From: Oculina patagonica
Taxonomy: Eukaryota
Reading direction: 5' to 3'
Assembly (NCBI RefSeq): GCF_052425735.1
Contig: NC_135763.1
Span: 27,652,001-27,716,000, forward strand
DNA: 64,000 nt
Shown: positions 49,677-61,285 of the stretch, one piece after another
Numbering within the stretch: the first letter of the stretch is position 1
Layout of the letters: every line of letters begins with the position of its first letter
Made by a program: the position numbers and the translations under genes
Notes under the pieces: generated by a model
Databases searched by the model: none
What the model was told of the DNA's origin: nothing
What the model saw: only the letters and a program-made list of their open reading frames with translations

Positions 49677-51419
49677 GAGACCAAAAAATTAAAGGAGCAA
49701 TTTTCTTAACATATTTGCTGTGTGCTTTTTTCAATAATAGGGACCTGACTGTATCAAAAACTGAAAAGCAAACAATATATAACAAAAATAATAATAAATA
49801 GACAATAAAATATGCAACACATTGAATCAAATTAGAAAATCATTAAAGAAGTCTTAAAATAATGTACAATTCTTCTGTGGCACGCCTAGGCCACCATACT
49901 GCACACCAAAACCAGGAAAAATGAGATTTATTAGGCAAATGCTGTTTTGTTTTGTTTTGTTTATTCAATTTTTTTTGTTTTCTTTTTTGTTTTCGTTACT
50001 TATCAGTGAGTAATGAAACCTCACACGCGTGAATTTGGAGTCATAAACGAATATTTACGCTAAAACACTTTCGGTTTAGTTGCAAGTTGCCTGAGTTCAG
50101 ACTAATTTATCTGCTGCACATTGCTTACCAAAAACGAAAGAAATTTATTAAGTGTCGTGCTTATAAATAAACATATCTTCATTAACAAAACTTAAATCGG
50201 TATCATCACGTGAATTTACAATTAAATAAAGCATTAAAAACCAGCAGTGGAGCTCCCCGTCCAGGCTTGGCTTAATCTGTATACTAGATGCGATGAAGTC
50301 ACTCAGAGCTTAAACAAGAATCTCCAGAACAAATTGACCTGGCCTGGATTGGCCATCCGCACGCCTAGCTTTCAGTCAGCCTCCAAAGCGTAAGCAACTG
50401 ATAAACAACCTGCGTATTTTCTAAGACAGTTACTGTTCAAATGTACTTCATCTTTGCTAGGAATACTATGTTAAACATTAGCAAGTTATATCATATTTTA
50501 TTTTGGTTTCATGAGATTTTGAAGCATGTGTCTGTTTGCTTGACGCTTGATTCCCCAATGTGCCACGACTGCAAAAGGAAACATTTGCATTTTGCGCCCG
50601 AAAAGTGTAGAATGTAATACGGACCGTCCCTCTTATAGCTAAAGTTCTTTTTTAACCTTAAATATACTTTTAAAAATAGTAACTTTTCACTTTTAACGTA
50701 AATTTATTCATTAGAATAATGGTTGTTACTTTTCCGTTTATCGTTTTTAAGGCTATGAACGGTAAAGGCTTTAAATTGCGTCTAATTCAAGAACAAAATT
50801 AATTCTTTATTTACCGCCGGTTTCAGCGACACAAAGGAAAAAATGATTCGTTTCAGCTGCCAATTACAACAACAAATTACCAAGCGATAAAAATAATTTG
50901 AGGGAAACAAACTACTTGAAGCCCAGTTAGCAATAGTGCAACTATACCTGAAATTTATCTGTCCTGCCTGAACTTCTCAACAGCTCAACAGAATGTACAG
51001 CTAAATGTTTTTCACTAATGCTTAAGTGCATGCATTGATTCTACACCTGATTGGTTAAAGAGCACACCAAATATTGATTGTAAATAAAAACCTCACGGAA
51101 CATGTCTGTGGTGTTTAAGAGCATAGCAAATATTGATCTTAAAATGAATAATCTTTTTGGAACCTGTCTGCGGTGTTAAATATAATTAAAAGAAATAGTT
51201 ATAACAAGAAAGCAAACTGTCGAATTGTTAACCTGGCTGGTTATAAAAAGCTAACAAAAACTAAAGCGAACGAGACTTGATTTTCGTTTTGAGACTAACG
51301 TTTTTGAGATTTTTTAAGAAATCAGACAAGATACTGATTTTCTTCATTCTAAAAGCTTGATTAATGTTTTAGTAGAACTCAAAACACGCAGCAGCTGTGA
51401 CATCAAGTCGTCACGAGGG

Positions 51420-52845
51420 CTTGTTTCCACGTTTGTTTCGTGGTATTATAAACTTTTCAACAAGCTTTTAATAAAAAAAAATCGGGAGAAATTTACAATC
51501 TGATCGCGAAGGAACTGCGTTTTCGTTCACATTATGTTTGTCCTTTGCTCACAGTTGTTTCCATGTTATCTTAAAACCTTTAAACAATTTAAACAAGAAT
51601 TTTAGCATTAAGTTATGAAGGTAATTGTAGAAATTAACAGTCCGGCTGTTGTTTCATGTCATTTCGTTGTGTCATTAACTACTTAACAAGATTTAGATGT
51701 CAGAGAACCGTGAAAGGCTGACAATCCACCATATTTTTTTTAAGATTCACATTTGGCTCTTGTTTTCACAGTTGTTTCATGGTATTATAAACTTTTCGAA
51801 AAGCTTTTAGATCATAAGCTGAGAGACCTGAAAGACTCGTTTATGACATGCTATTTTTTCACAGTGGTTTCTTGTTATCACGAACTTTTTAGCAAGCTTT
51901 TAGTTATGAGGATATTCGCGAGAGACTGGCAATTCAATCAAACTGTTTTAACATGGTGAAATTAACTCACAGTTGTTTCGTGGTATCTTAAACTTTGAAA
52001 AATGTAATTTTTTTAGATGTGCATATAATCGTAAATGAATGACAATGAAACAGAACTGTTTAAACATCCGTCATTTTCGCCGGTTGTTTTCATAATTGTT
52101 TCCTGAAGTCCTTAACTTTTAAAGAGAATTTAGATCGTGAGAACTATCTTGAAAGACTACCAATCCAACATAGCTAGCTGTTCTAACATTATTCATAGTT
52201 GGTTCTTATTGTCCTGTTCGATCCGAAAACTTGAACACAAAATCGTATTTTGTCCAATTAGTCACTAATTAATGGGGTTCTAGCATCGCCGTAAAGCGCA
52301 ATCTACCAAATAAAAGTCACTATTCGTAACCTCCATCCGTTCCCAGATATGTCTGTAAAATTTGAGCTCAACCGCACCCAAAACACCCGAGATATAAGCG
52401 TTTTAAAAGATGTAAGACCATCAAAATGTTGCGTTATGAATTTATTTATGGCTAGGTGCTTCCGTGACCTTAACAAGCTTATGGATATGAAGACAATTAC
52501 GAGGGATTGACAATACAACACAACTGCTTTAACATCCACATTCGACCGCAAATGAGCAATGCAACTAATTTTTCTAAGACTCACGTTCGCCTCTTGTTGT
52601 CACAGTAGTTTCGTGGAATCATGGCCTTTTTAAAAAGCTTTTAGACTGGTGATAGTCTTAAGAGACTGACAAACCAACACAACTGTTTCAACACTCACAT
52701 TCGCCCGTTATTTTCACAGTTGTTTCGTTTCATCATAAACACTTTAAAAAGCTTTTAGATATAATAATAATTGACATTATGGACAATCTGCTGTTGTTTC
52801 AGAGCTGGGTCGTGGTATCAAACTTTTTAACACGCTTTTAACTTT
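51420..52845 (+). repeat. Degenerate tandem array, ~85-125-bp period, about 11 units
   Basis: Core tcacagttgtttcgtggtat.ataaacttt...aagcttttaga recurs near 51428, 51549, ~51650, 51766, 51859, 51967, 52090, 52193, 52600, 52714 and ~52797. Confidence 0.75.
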
Positions 52846-52882
52846 AGTTATGAAAATTATAGTTGAATCATTCCGACATAAT

Positions 52883-53516
52883 GGCTGCTGTCGTCACATC
52901 TAGACTGCTCACTATAGTTAAGACGGCGTTAGCTACAGTTAGCTATTTCGGTAATGTGACCGCTTCTCTGTTCACCCTAACTATAGTTAGAAAATTTACG
53001 CCTTGCTGATCCAAAACAATACAGACTAACTATAGTTATACCCAAGCAGGGTTCAATTGGGTTAGTCTTAAGTTAACAAACGAAAAACCAATCAGAATGC
53101 GACAATTCTTTTCGCACGTGCGAGATGAACATAAATATGGAAAACAAAGCGTGAAGGGAAGGAAAAAAAAGAAAAACAACATGCCAAGAAATTACATATC
53201 ACTAATGCTGGCAAAAATAAAGCTTGAATTCTTCGGCTTCTAGCATTTTTCTTTTACTTTCTTCAACGCCGAAATGCCGTGCAAAAATGGAAAAAAAAAA
53301 AAATAGAGGAACAACTAGACACAGATCAACAACAAGGGCTGTCATGAACTAATTTAAATTCGAAATTATTCAAAAGCTAATCAGAACTAACTATAGTTAA
53401 CTGCAGTGGTGTGACCGCAAAGACGACCGAAAGCACTAACTATAGTTAGGTAGAGTCACGTAACTTGAGACTAACTAATATTCAACTTTAACTACGTCGT
53501 AGATGCGACCGCAGCC
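52883..53516. mobile_element. PIF/Harbinger-like MITE with 3-bp AAT TSD and repeated palindromic TAACTATAGTTA motifs
   Basis: aat|ggctgctgtcgtcacatctagac ... gtcgtagatgcgaccgcagcc|aat. Confidence 0.65.
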
Positions 53517-56458
53517 AATGTTATTTAATATTCACATTCGGCTCTTGTTTATCCCGAAAGCGTGAGCCAGAAGTTTCCTGTGAAATCGATTAAAAAAAAA
53601 ACAATGTGACAGCGCTTTTACGAATTGATTTACAGCAGCAGTGAATGTTATGTACCTTAGTAACCTTCGCTTCTCGGCCAACTGTTCAGCCTCGCCTATG
53701 ATCCTCCAATATACCAGCCGCATAAAGGGGTCTATTACTAAATATCCCCTAAATTGTAACATCTATGTAAAGTTCCGTTTACAGCACTTAAAAATCACAT
53801 ACCCTAAAGGAATAAAACCTCACTGGTTATGACAAAATTCATGATATTTTAAAATCACTGCAAACTACTTTCGGAAGTTTGAAAAGCATTTAATCAATAA
53901 ATGCTAACAGATTGAAACAGTTCAATTAGTCTGACTCGTCCGTTTCAGCAAACGTGCTTCGCTTGGCTTACGTTATAGGGTGCGTCTGCAAAGATTTTGC
54001 TATCTTGTTATTAAAGACATGTTGACGTGCCTTTATCTGTTAGCCAGTTATTTAATGAATGGCGGTATTCCTTCTCCAGGTTCTGTTACACTAACGCGTT
54101 ACGATGTCTGGCTTGTGCCCAAGGCCATTTGGCTTAAGATTCCTAAATAGATGTGCTTTTTTAAGAGGAAAGTTGGAGTGTCAGGTACAGAAATGTACCA
54201 CTGACAGGCCTGTAGCCGCTTTGAGGCAGACCGAGGCACTAACCTCAGTCAGTTTTTTTTTTAAAAATCTGTTGTTATTGTTTTCTTTTGAAGGGGGAAG
54301 TAATACATGAAGAGAATCTAACCATAAACATGGCCTAAGTCCTATTTTTTTTTTGGCTACGAACCAGACGGAGCTGAATGAGATTATCAGCCCCACCCTC
54401 ATTCTCGTAGCCGTCTTTTTTAAAAAGTGGACACGTTAAATAGGCATAAAGGGTAACTTATCATCATNNNNNNNNNNNNNNNNNNNNNNNNNNNNNNNNN
54501 NNNNNNNNNNNNNNNNNNNNNNNNNNNNNNNNNNNNNNNNNNNNNNNNNNNNNNNNNNNNNNNNNNNNNNNNNNNNNNNNNNNNNNNNNNNNNNNNNNNN
54601 NNNNNNNNNNTGGAGTGTAGGACATCAAACAGTACCCTTCATCGAAGAAAAGTACGTGGGTTTGGCCTTGTCCGAAAATGAGACCACTTCTTCTAGCTCC
54701 TGCAGGATTTAATCCCTTCCAGTTGTTTCTAGGCCTTTTTTACTCATTCCTTGAGGACTGTGCAACCTTCTGCATCCTGAAGGGTAAAGATCAACATAGG
54801 ATTTTAATTTTCATCCAGAAGGCAAAAGAACTGACCGAAGGAAACGTCGCAGAGAATGGTTGCAAAACTGAGAAATGAATGTGGATGAAAGGCGTATTGC
54901 CAGAGAACTTACTAGAATACTTTAAAAGTTCTTCTAATTATTGGCCGGTTATAATAGAAATTAGTATTTGATTACTAAAAACGAAAATTTTGCCATTGGG
55001 ATTCAAATATAGAATATTTTAAAAAGGTAAATAAAAAACTATTACATTATTTCCGATTAATATTCAATTGAAAACTTTAATATTAACCGCATCGAGGGAG
55101 ATTAACGACTTTGACTGGAGAAAAGTTGAGAGAAAAAAGAACTCGATTGAAACCTATTAGAAAGAAGCGGAAATGGGCAGACCACGCAGGTGTTCGTACT
55201 GATAAACACACTTGCAATCGCAGCTTTACGTTCGCATTTACTTTACATTCAGCGCCAAAATAATGACGAATCAATTGACATTAAACTTTATTGCTGTCAA
55301 TAGCTTCGCAAACAGTCGTTTCAAAATTTCATTTTGCAACACTCGACTAACAGTTATCCTAAAAAATACTTTGCTCGATTGTTTTTGTTTGAAGGGCCAC
55401 AAATTAGAAAGCACGTTGTGTGGCATAATAAACAGCAACCTGTGGAATAGCTGGTCACAAACTAGGATTTATCTTCAGGCCACATTATAATTAATTGACT
55501 TGAGATTAATTACTTTTCAGGGGCTGAAAAAAATGAATGTCTTGCGCAAAATACGCGCATGCATGAGAAATTTTTCCAATTCGCTGTAGTTTGTCAAAAA
55601 ATACAATACTATTTGTTCCTTAATGAGAATTAGCTAAAGAAAGGCGTTTCAAATATAAGAGAGGAAATATGTTTCGTAAAAACAAAAATTTTAATAATCA
55701 ATTTGCTTTTTAGCTCTCCATTTGTTTTATTTAATCAGTTGCTTCAGGGGGCGATATTTGTTTGCAGTTACGAAGGCGACATTACTTATTGGTTTTTACA
55801 ATTTTTCCCACTCTCTTGATTACACAATTTTATTTCTGTAGGCATTCGATCCTGGGCCATATACTACAAAAGGAAAAGGTAGGTAATAGACATTTACTTC
55901 TTTCGCAGCTTCATCTAAGGTCTTAGCAGAAACCGTCCATAGGTTTCCACAAGAAATTGACTTATAATAACTACGGCTAAACACAATTAAAACTTATTTT
56001 ACTGAGCAACGGAAACAAAGGTCTGTGGATTTTTCTTTCGGTAATGGACGTAAAAGCTACATTAAGAACCATATTGGGAGGAAGCGTATTTTTATCCCCT
56101 TGTCCTTGAAGAAAATCGACAAGATCATATTTGTCATGTCCAGAAATATCGATGACAACATGTTAGGGGAAGATAAGTAATTCTCGATGCATTACGTTTT
56201 ATATTTACAGACTTCATCTGTTCCTGACAATCGCTTGTTTAGACGATAATTCATTCCTCGCGTTAAATTGGATCGACCTGTTATTTGAAGCTTAATTTCA
56301 CGTTGTGGCGACACTGAATGGCTGGAAGCAAGAAAAAGACTAGAAAAGGTCGACTGATTCGATTTTGAACACAGCGTTTGATATCTTAGAGAGGAGACAT
56401 GAAAGGACACATTGAGGACTCTGACATTTAATAGCTCTCTGTGGCAAAAGGTGAAGAG

Positions 56459-57544
56459 ATGGCAGACGAGCTTGGTTCACGAAGTCTTTTCTTGACCATC
56501 TTAGAAGCAAGTCTGATGATTGCCTTGAATATCGTCTCTCTTCTCGGCAACACGTTAGTTTGCATTTCGGTTTACAAAAATACAAGGCTCCGCACAACAA
56601 CTAACATTTACATATTGGCTTTGGCTATCAGCGATTTGTTGTCAGCCATTTTTGTTATGCCTTTTGCAGCAGGAGTGCTTATATCAGGCAGATGGCCATT
56701 TGGCGAAACGCTTTGCCAAATTCTTGCTTTTTTCGGTCCGTACGTCATGTATGTTTCACCTGTAACCATGGGTTTCACAGCAGTGAACAGATACGTGAGA
56801 ATATGCAAGTCCAATGAACAATATAAACGTTTCTTCTCGACAGGGAGATCTCGCATGTCTCTCGCCTTTGCTTGGATGCTTATAGCCTGCTATATCTTGA
56901 TTATGCGCCTCACAGGTTTACAGGGGGTTTCCTTTGTGGCTGGCTATGCAGCATGCTTGAATATACATCTAAACAATCTCGCAAAGATTATCCATTATGT
57001 TGTCGTAGCTGGGCTGTTTTTTATTTTTCCACTGATCCTAACGATATTCAGCTACAGGAAAGTTTTGATAAAGATCCAAGAACATAACACGGTATCGGCG
57101 CGAACTCTTCAAAACCAAAACGGCAATATTACCGGCGTCAGCGCACACGAGATTCGTATCAGCAGATCTTTGTTCGTTGTAGTGTTCGCTTTTATGTTGT
57201 GCTGGGTACCCCTTTGGATCATTATCATTTTGACACGCCTCAACATCGTTGATGCTATGCCACGAAATATTCAACTACTATGCACCTTCTTCATGAATTT
57301 GTCGAATACCATCAATCCTTTTATTTACGCAGGGATGAATCCCCTGTTCCGAAGAGAATTTCGACGAATTATACTCTGTAAATCTGGGGAGACGATAGAG
57401 GACACACGACAAGCATCAGCAAGACCAAACAGAAGAGAAGAAGTTTCACTTGAATGTCGGGATAGGGATCAGGAAGGCAACTGGGGAAAAGTGAGAAGAT
57501 TTCATTTGTTAACGCGAAAGAAGCGTTTCGTCTTGGCGAACTAG
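56459..57544 (+). CDS. Melatonin-receptor-like class A GPCR, copy 2
   Basis: Intact intronless 7TM ORF; first ATG at 56459 (MADELGSRSLF); LAISDL, WPFGE.LC, AVNRY, CWVP, NPFIY. Confidence 0.92.
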   Translation: MADELGSRSLFLTILEASLMIALNIVSLLGNTLVCISVYKNTRLRTTTNIYILALAISDLLSAIFVMPFAAGVLISGRWPFGETLCQILAFFGPYVMYVSPVTMGFTAVNRYVRICKSNEQYKRFFSTGRSRMSLAFAWMLIACYILIMRLTGLQGVSFVAGYAACLNIHLNNLAKIIHYVVVAGLFFIFPLILTIFSYRKVLIKIQEHNTVSARTLQNQNGNITGVSAHEIRISRSLFVVVFAFMLCWVPLWIIIILTRLNIVDAMPRNIQLLCTFFMNLSNTINPFIYAGMNPLFRREFRRIILCKSGETIEDTRQASARPNRREEVSLECRDRDQEGNWGKVRRFHLLTRKKRFVLAN

Positions 57545-57806
57545 AAGTAGGGATCTGATTCATCAAATGGAGCCGATGAGGCACGAATGTTGGCACTGTT
57601 AGCAGCCTTAGATGCGCGGATTTGAGAAAGANNNNNNNNNNNNNNNNNNNNNNNNNNNNNNNNNNNNNNNNNNNNNNNNNNNNNNNNNNNNNNNNNNNNN
57701 NNNNNNNNNNNNNNNNNNNNNNNNNNNNNNNNNNNNNNNNNNNNNNNNNNNNNNNNNNNNNNNNNNNNNNNNNNNNNNNNTTTTATTTGTAAGATAATTT
57801 ATATTA

Positions 57807-57885
57807 TGAGGAGGACAAAGGGGGAGGAGGAGGAGGAGGAGGAGGAGGAGGAGGAGGAGGAGGAGGAAAAGGAGGAGGTGGTGGA
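57807..57885. repeat. (GGA)n microsatellite
   Basis: Read directly from the sequence. Confidence 0.9.
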
Positions 57886-58754
57886 GGGCAGGTGGAGGTG
57901 GGTCCTCTTTTCTTGCAAGGAGGAGGAATTGAAGGCCTGCTGCGAAAAAAAGTGTTTAGTGTTTTAACCTTAATTTGCTTTCTGAAACAATATCCAGCTG
58001 CAGAAGAGGAGGTGAAAGAAGGTCCTCTAAAGGACTGCCATACTTTTAGCGTGGCTTCCGTTGATTAAAGAAGTATCTATCATGTACTGCGGAACTTAAA
58101 CTTGCCGCATAGCACTCGTAATGCATAGAGCGACTTTTCGTTTTTGCTTTCTTCTTATTTAGCCGCAACGCAGTGAAGTCTCGCGGGCGATTTTTTTTTT
58201 AATTTTTAATATTAAAAACTACTTAAATCATATTCAATCAATACCTGCGATTCAATATCCTGGTAGCCAAGGGTGAATAAATTTCTCTTCCGTTCTTTCA
58301 CGTCCCGTCTTAATTTCTCCCCAGGTTTATTTCCTTCCGCACAGATGAAGATCAGCAATCACATCTCATAAATGAGAAAAAAACGATAACGAGATTAAGG
58401 AGGTTTTAGACGACAATAACAATGTTTCAGTTTGTTAGCTCCCTACTGTAGATCTTGTATTATTTTTCACACCATTACGGTGCTTTGATAGAAATTCAAT
58501 GTTTATTTTACAACTGTAGAGGATGTGTAATTTGGTTTGTTCCGTTATTTTCGGTTTTATCATATGGTAGTCTTAAATGCATCTAATGTTTTTTAGCCAT
58601 TTTTTTTGCAAATACAAGCCTTGCAAGTTCTGAAATGGAAAGCTGTTTTCTGACAATTGAGTCCAACAAAGAAAAGGCCTTAAAATAGCCTAAGGCTTAT
58701 TTAAGGTGGTTTATTATAGTTTTGAGGGGGTATTGCTTTTTTTTTTTTTTTTTT

Positions 58755-58796
<42 letters not shown>

Positions 58797-60241
58797 TATA
58801 TCTATTATATGAAAATTTATAAAAATAAATATAAAAAAAAGATATAAAAAAAGAAAAAAGGGGGGGGGTTTTTTTTTTTTTTCCTTTAANNNNNNNNNNN
58901 NNNNNNNNNNNNNNNNNNNNNNNNNNNNNNNNNNNNNNNNNNNNNNNNNNNNNNNNNNNNNNNNNNNNNNNNNNNNNNNNNNNNNNNNNNNNNNNNNNNN
59001 NNNNNNNNNNNNNNNNNNNNNNNNNNNNNNNNNTCCATTGCGCTTTTCCGAATTTATTTTTGCATTGACACTTTCGGGTGACTTTTTGTTTAAGCAGAAC
59101 AAATAAGAAAACAGGGTTTATGACGATCCACTTATGAGATATCCGGTAACTGCTGGCAAAATATCGGGCAGCAGGTGGTTATTCGAGAGATTGATTCCAA
59201 TCGAAGAAATTACCAAGACAAGTTTAGCCCCGTTATGCCGAATTATTTAACACGACCAAATTGTATATTTTGAACAGTGTTTTTATAATTTACAGGTTTA
59301 TACTTGATCGAGAATTTTCCGGAGAAAAAGTAGGAAACCAATTTTTAAGACAGTTGTAGAGTCACACCTCCTTATGTTTTTCTGTTATGCGTTCCTGTTT
59401 TGTCTTGTTTTATATATTAAAACTGTCCCTGTCACAAAATTCAAACAAACCTCTAACGGAGAAAATAATATTAAGCTTCGGAAACACAGGAAGCTAAGGC
59501 TTTTAATTTTTAATAACTAAGGCAAAACTCTTGCGAATTTTCCCTTCTGAAAAACATGTATTTCATTCAAAACTTGAAAACGAATCACGAAGAGATTTAT
59601 TAAAAGATAAATTTTTGCATCGATGTTATAGCTGTATTGGTGGACTAGTCCTGTTATGGTTTTAAACTGTGCTTATGTGTTAATTTACGCAACTACGTGT
59701 ATTAACATAGAGCGCAAGCGAATTGATATTTTTCATTAAGCAAAAGGAAATACCTTTTATTATAGTTGTTAAGTAAAGTCACCTGCAAAATCGACTGTGT
59801 TTGAGCCAATAATAGTGTGAGTTTTTATGGCTAATCCATATAAGAATGAATATATATTTACTTAGCCTGCTGTAAACGTCAATATCGAATGGCACTTAAA
59901 GCTCGGCAGCAGACCAAAAACAAATCGACAACTTATTTGTTTGGGAGAGAGTTTTGTTCAATGTATACGCAAATCGAACTCGTCCATCCATTTCAAAAAA
60001 CGATTTTGCCAATTTTTTGAAAACTTGATCAACTGAAGAGGAGCTGGAGAGGAAAAGTTGAAGATTGGTCATCAGTGGTGACAATAACTTCCCCAAGAAG
60101 GAAGAGGCTCAGCTCTTGCTTACAATCTCTTCCTTACAGCCTGCAAACGTAAAACAAAATACATTATACCAATTATACAGAAAAAAAGGAGATCAAACGA
60201 TTGGGCAACAGCAACCTAACCAAGAGAACATTTGAGGCAAG

Positions 60242-61285
60242 ATGGATGACCTTCAATCGCGTAGTTTAGCTGTGACTGTAGTGGAAGCCGGCTCAATGAT
60301 CGTATTGAATATTTTATCTCTAGTTGGCAACGTGTTAGTTTGCTTATCGGTTTACAGAAATCCAAGGCTCCGAACGTCAACAAACCTTTATATCATCGCA
60401 CTGGCCATCAGTGATTTGTTGTCGGCTATTTTTGTCATGCCTCTCGCGGCCGGAGTGCTGATATCAAGCAGATGGCCTTTTGGCGAAACAGTTTGCCAAA
60501 TACACGCTTTCTTTAGCCTTTTTGTCGTGTATGTTTCACCTGTAACCATGGGCTTGACGGCCGTAAACAGATACGTGAGGATGTGCAAGTCAGATCAACA
60601 ATATAAAAGATTCTTTTCGCATAGAAAGTCTCGCGTTGTACTGGCGTCTGCGTGGTTGTTTGTTGCCTGCTATATTCTGATTCCCCGCCTCACTGGCTTA
60701 CAAGGATTTCATTTCGTACCTGGCTATGCAGCGTGCTTGAACAAACATCTGAGCAAATTCAGCAAGATGCTCCATTACTTCGTCGTTGTTGTCCTATTTT
60801 TCCTCCTTCCGCTGACCGTAACGATATACAGTTACAGAAAAGTTTCCAAAAAGATCCGAGAACACAACATGGGAGTAGCGCAGGCTCTGCAAACACAAGG
60901 ACGGAATGCGACCCTCAGCACACACGAAATTCGAATTAGCAGGTCTTTGTTTGTTGTGGTTTTCGCGTTCATGTTGTGTTGGATTCCAGCTTGGGTCATT
61001 ACCATCCTAACCCGCCTCGTTGCCAACATACCACGGAATATTCAACTGCTATGCGCTTTCTGTGTGAATTTGTCCAACACCATCAATCCGTTTATCTATG
61101 CTGGGATGAATCCACTGTTTAAAAGAGAATTTAAACGAATGCTCTGTTGTGAAACTCGTCAGAAAATTGGTTGTGAATCCAGTGGCGAGGGCGAGGGAAA
61201 TCAACAAGCATCGACCTGTACGGGCACCGCGCTATCGTCCATGGCACAATCAGAAACCAACACTACGAACACGATGACTGCTTAA
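60242..61285 (+). CDS. Melatonin-receptor-like class A GPCR, copy 3
   Basis: Intact 347-aa intronless 7TM ORF; AVNRY, CWIP, NPFIY. Confidence 0.93.
   Translation: MDDLQSRSLAVTVVEAGSMIVLNILSLVGNVLVCLSVYRNPRLRTSTNLYIIALAISDLLSAIFVMPLAAGVLISSRWPFGETVCQIHAFFSLFVVYVSPVTMGLTAVNRYVRMCKSDQQYKRFFSHRKSRVVLASAWLFVACYILIPRLTGLQGFHFVPGYAACLNKHLSKFSKMLHYFVVVVLFFLLPLTVTIYSYRKVSKKIREHNMGVAQALQTQGRNATLSTHEIRISRSLFVVVFAFMLCWIPAWVITILTRLVANIPRNIQLLCAFCVNLSNTINPFIYAGMNPLFKREFKRMLCCETRQKIGCESSGEGEGNQQASTCTGTALSSMAQSETNTTNTMTA

Larger units (their letters stand above)
48007..49898 (+). mobile_element. Defective IS3EU-like DNA transposon (147-bp TIRs, TAT..ATA ends, 6-bp TSD)
   Basis: 48007-48153 is the reverse complement of 49752-49898. 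TSD ctgcac at 48001-48006 and 49899-49904. Carries a transposase N-terminal exon. Confidence 0.85.

Noticed and set aside
51420-52845. CRISPR-array interpretation of the periodic repeat
   Set aside because: Eukaryotic context, no cas genes, highly degenerate repeats, irregular period and mutually related linkers.
57804-58064. Stop-free minus-strand frame ending in poly-Pro (RPSIPPPCKKRGPTSTCPPPP...)
   Set aside because: No start codon or supported upstream exon; the Pro run is just the (GGA)n microsatellite next to a gap.
56459-61285. Opsin interpretation of the NRY receptors
   Set aside because: TM7 (FFMNLSNTINPFIY / FCVNLSNTINPFIY) lacks the retinal-binding lysine.
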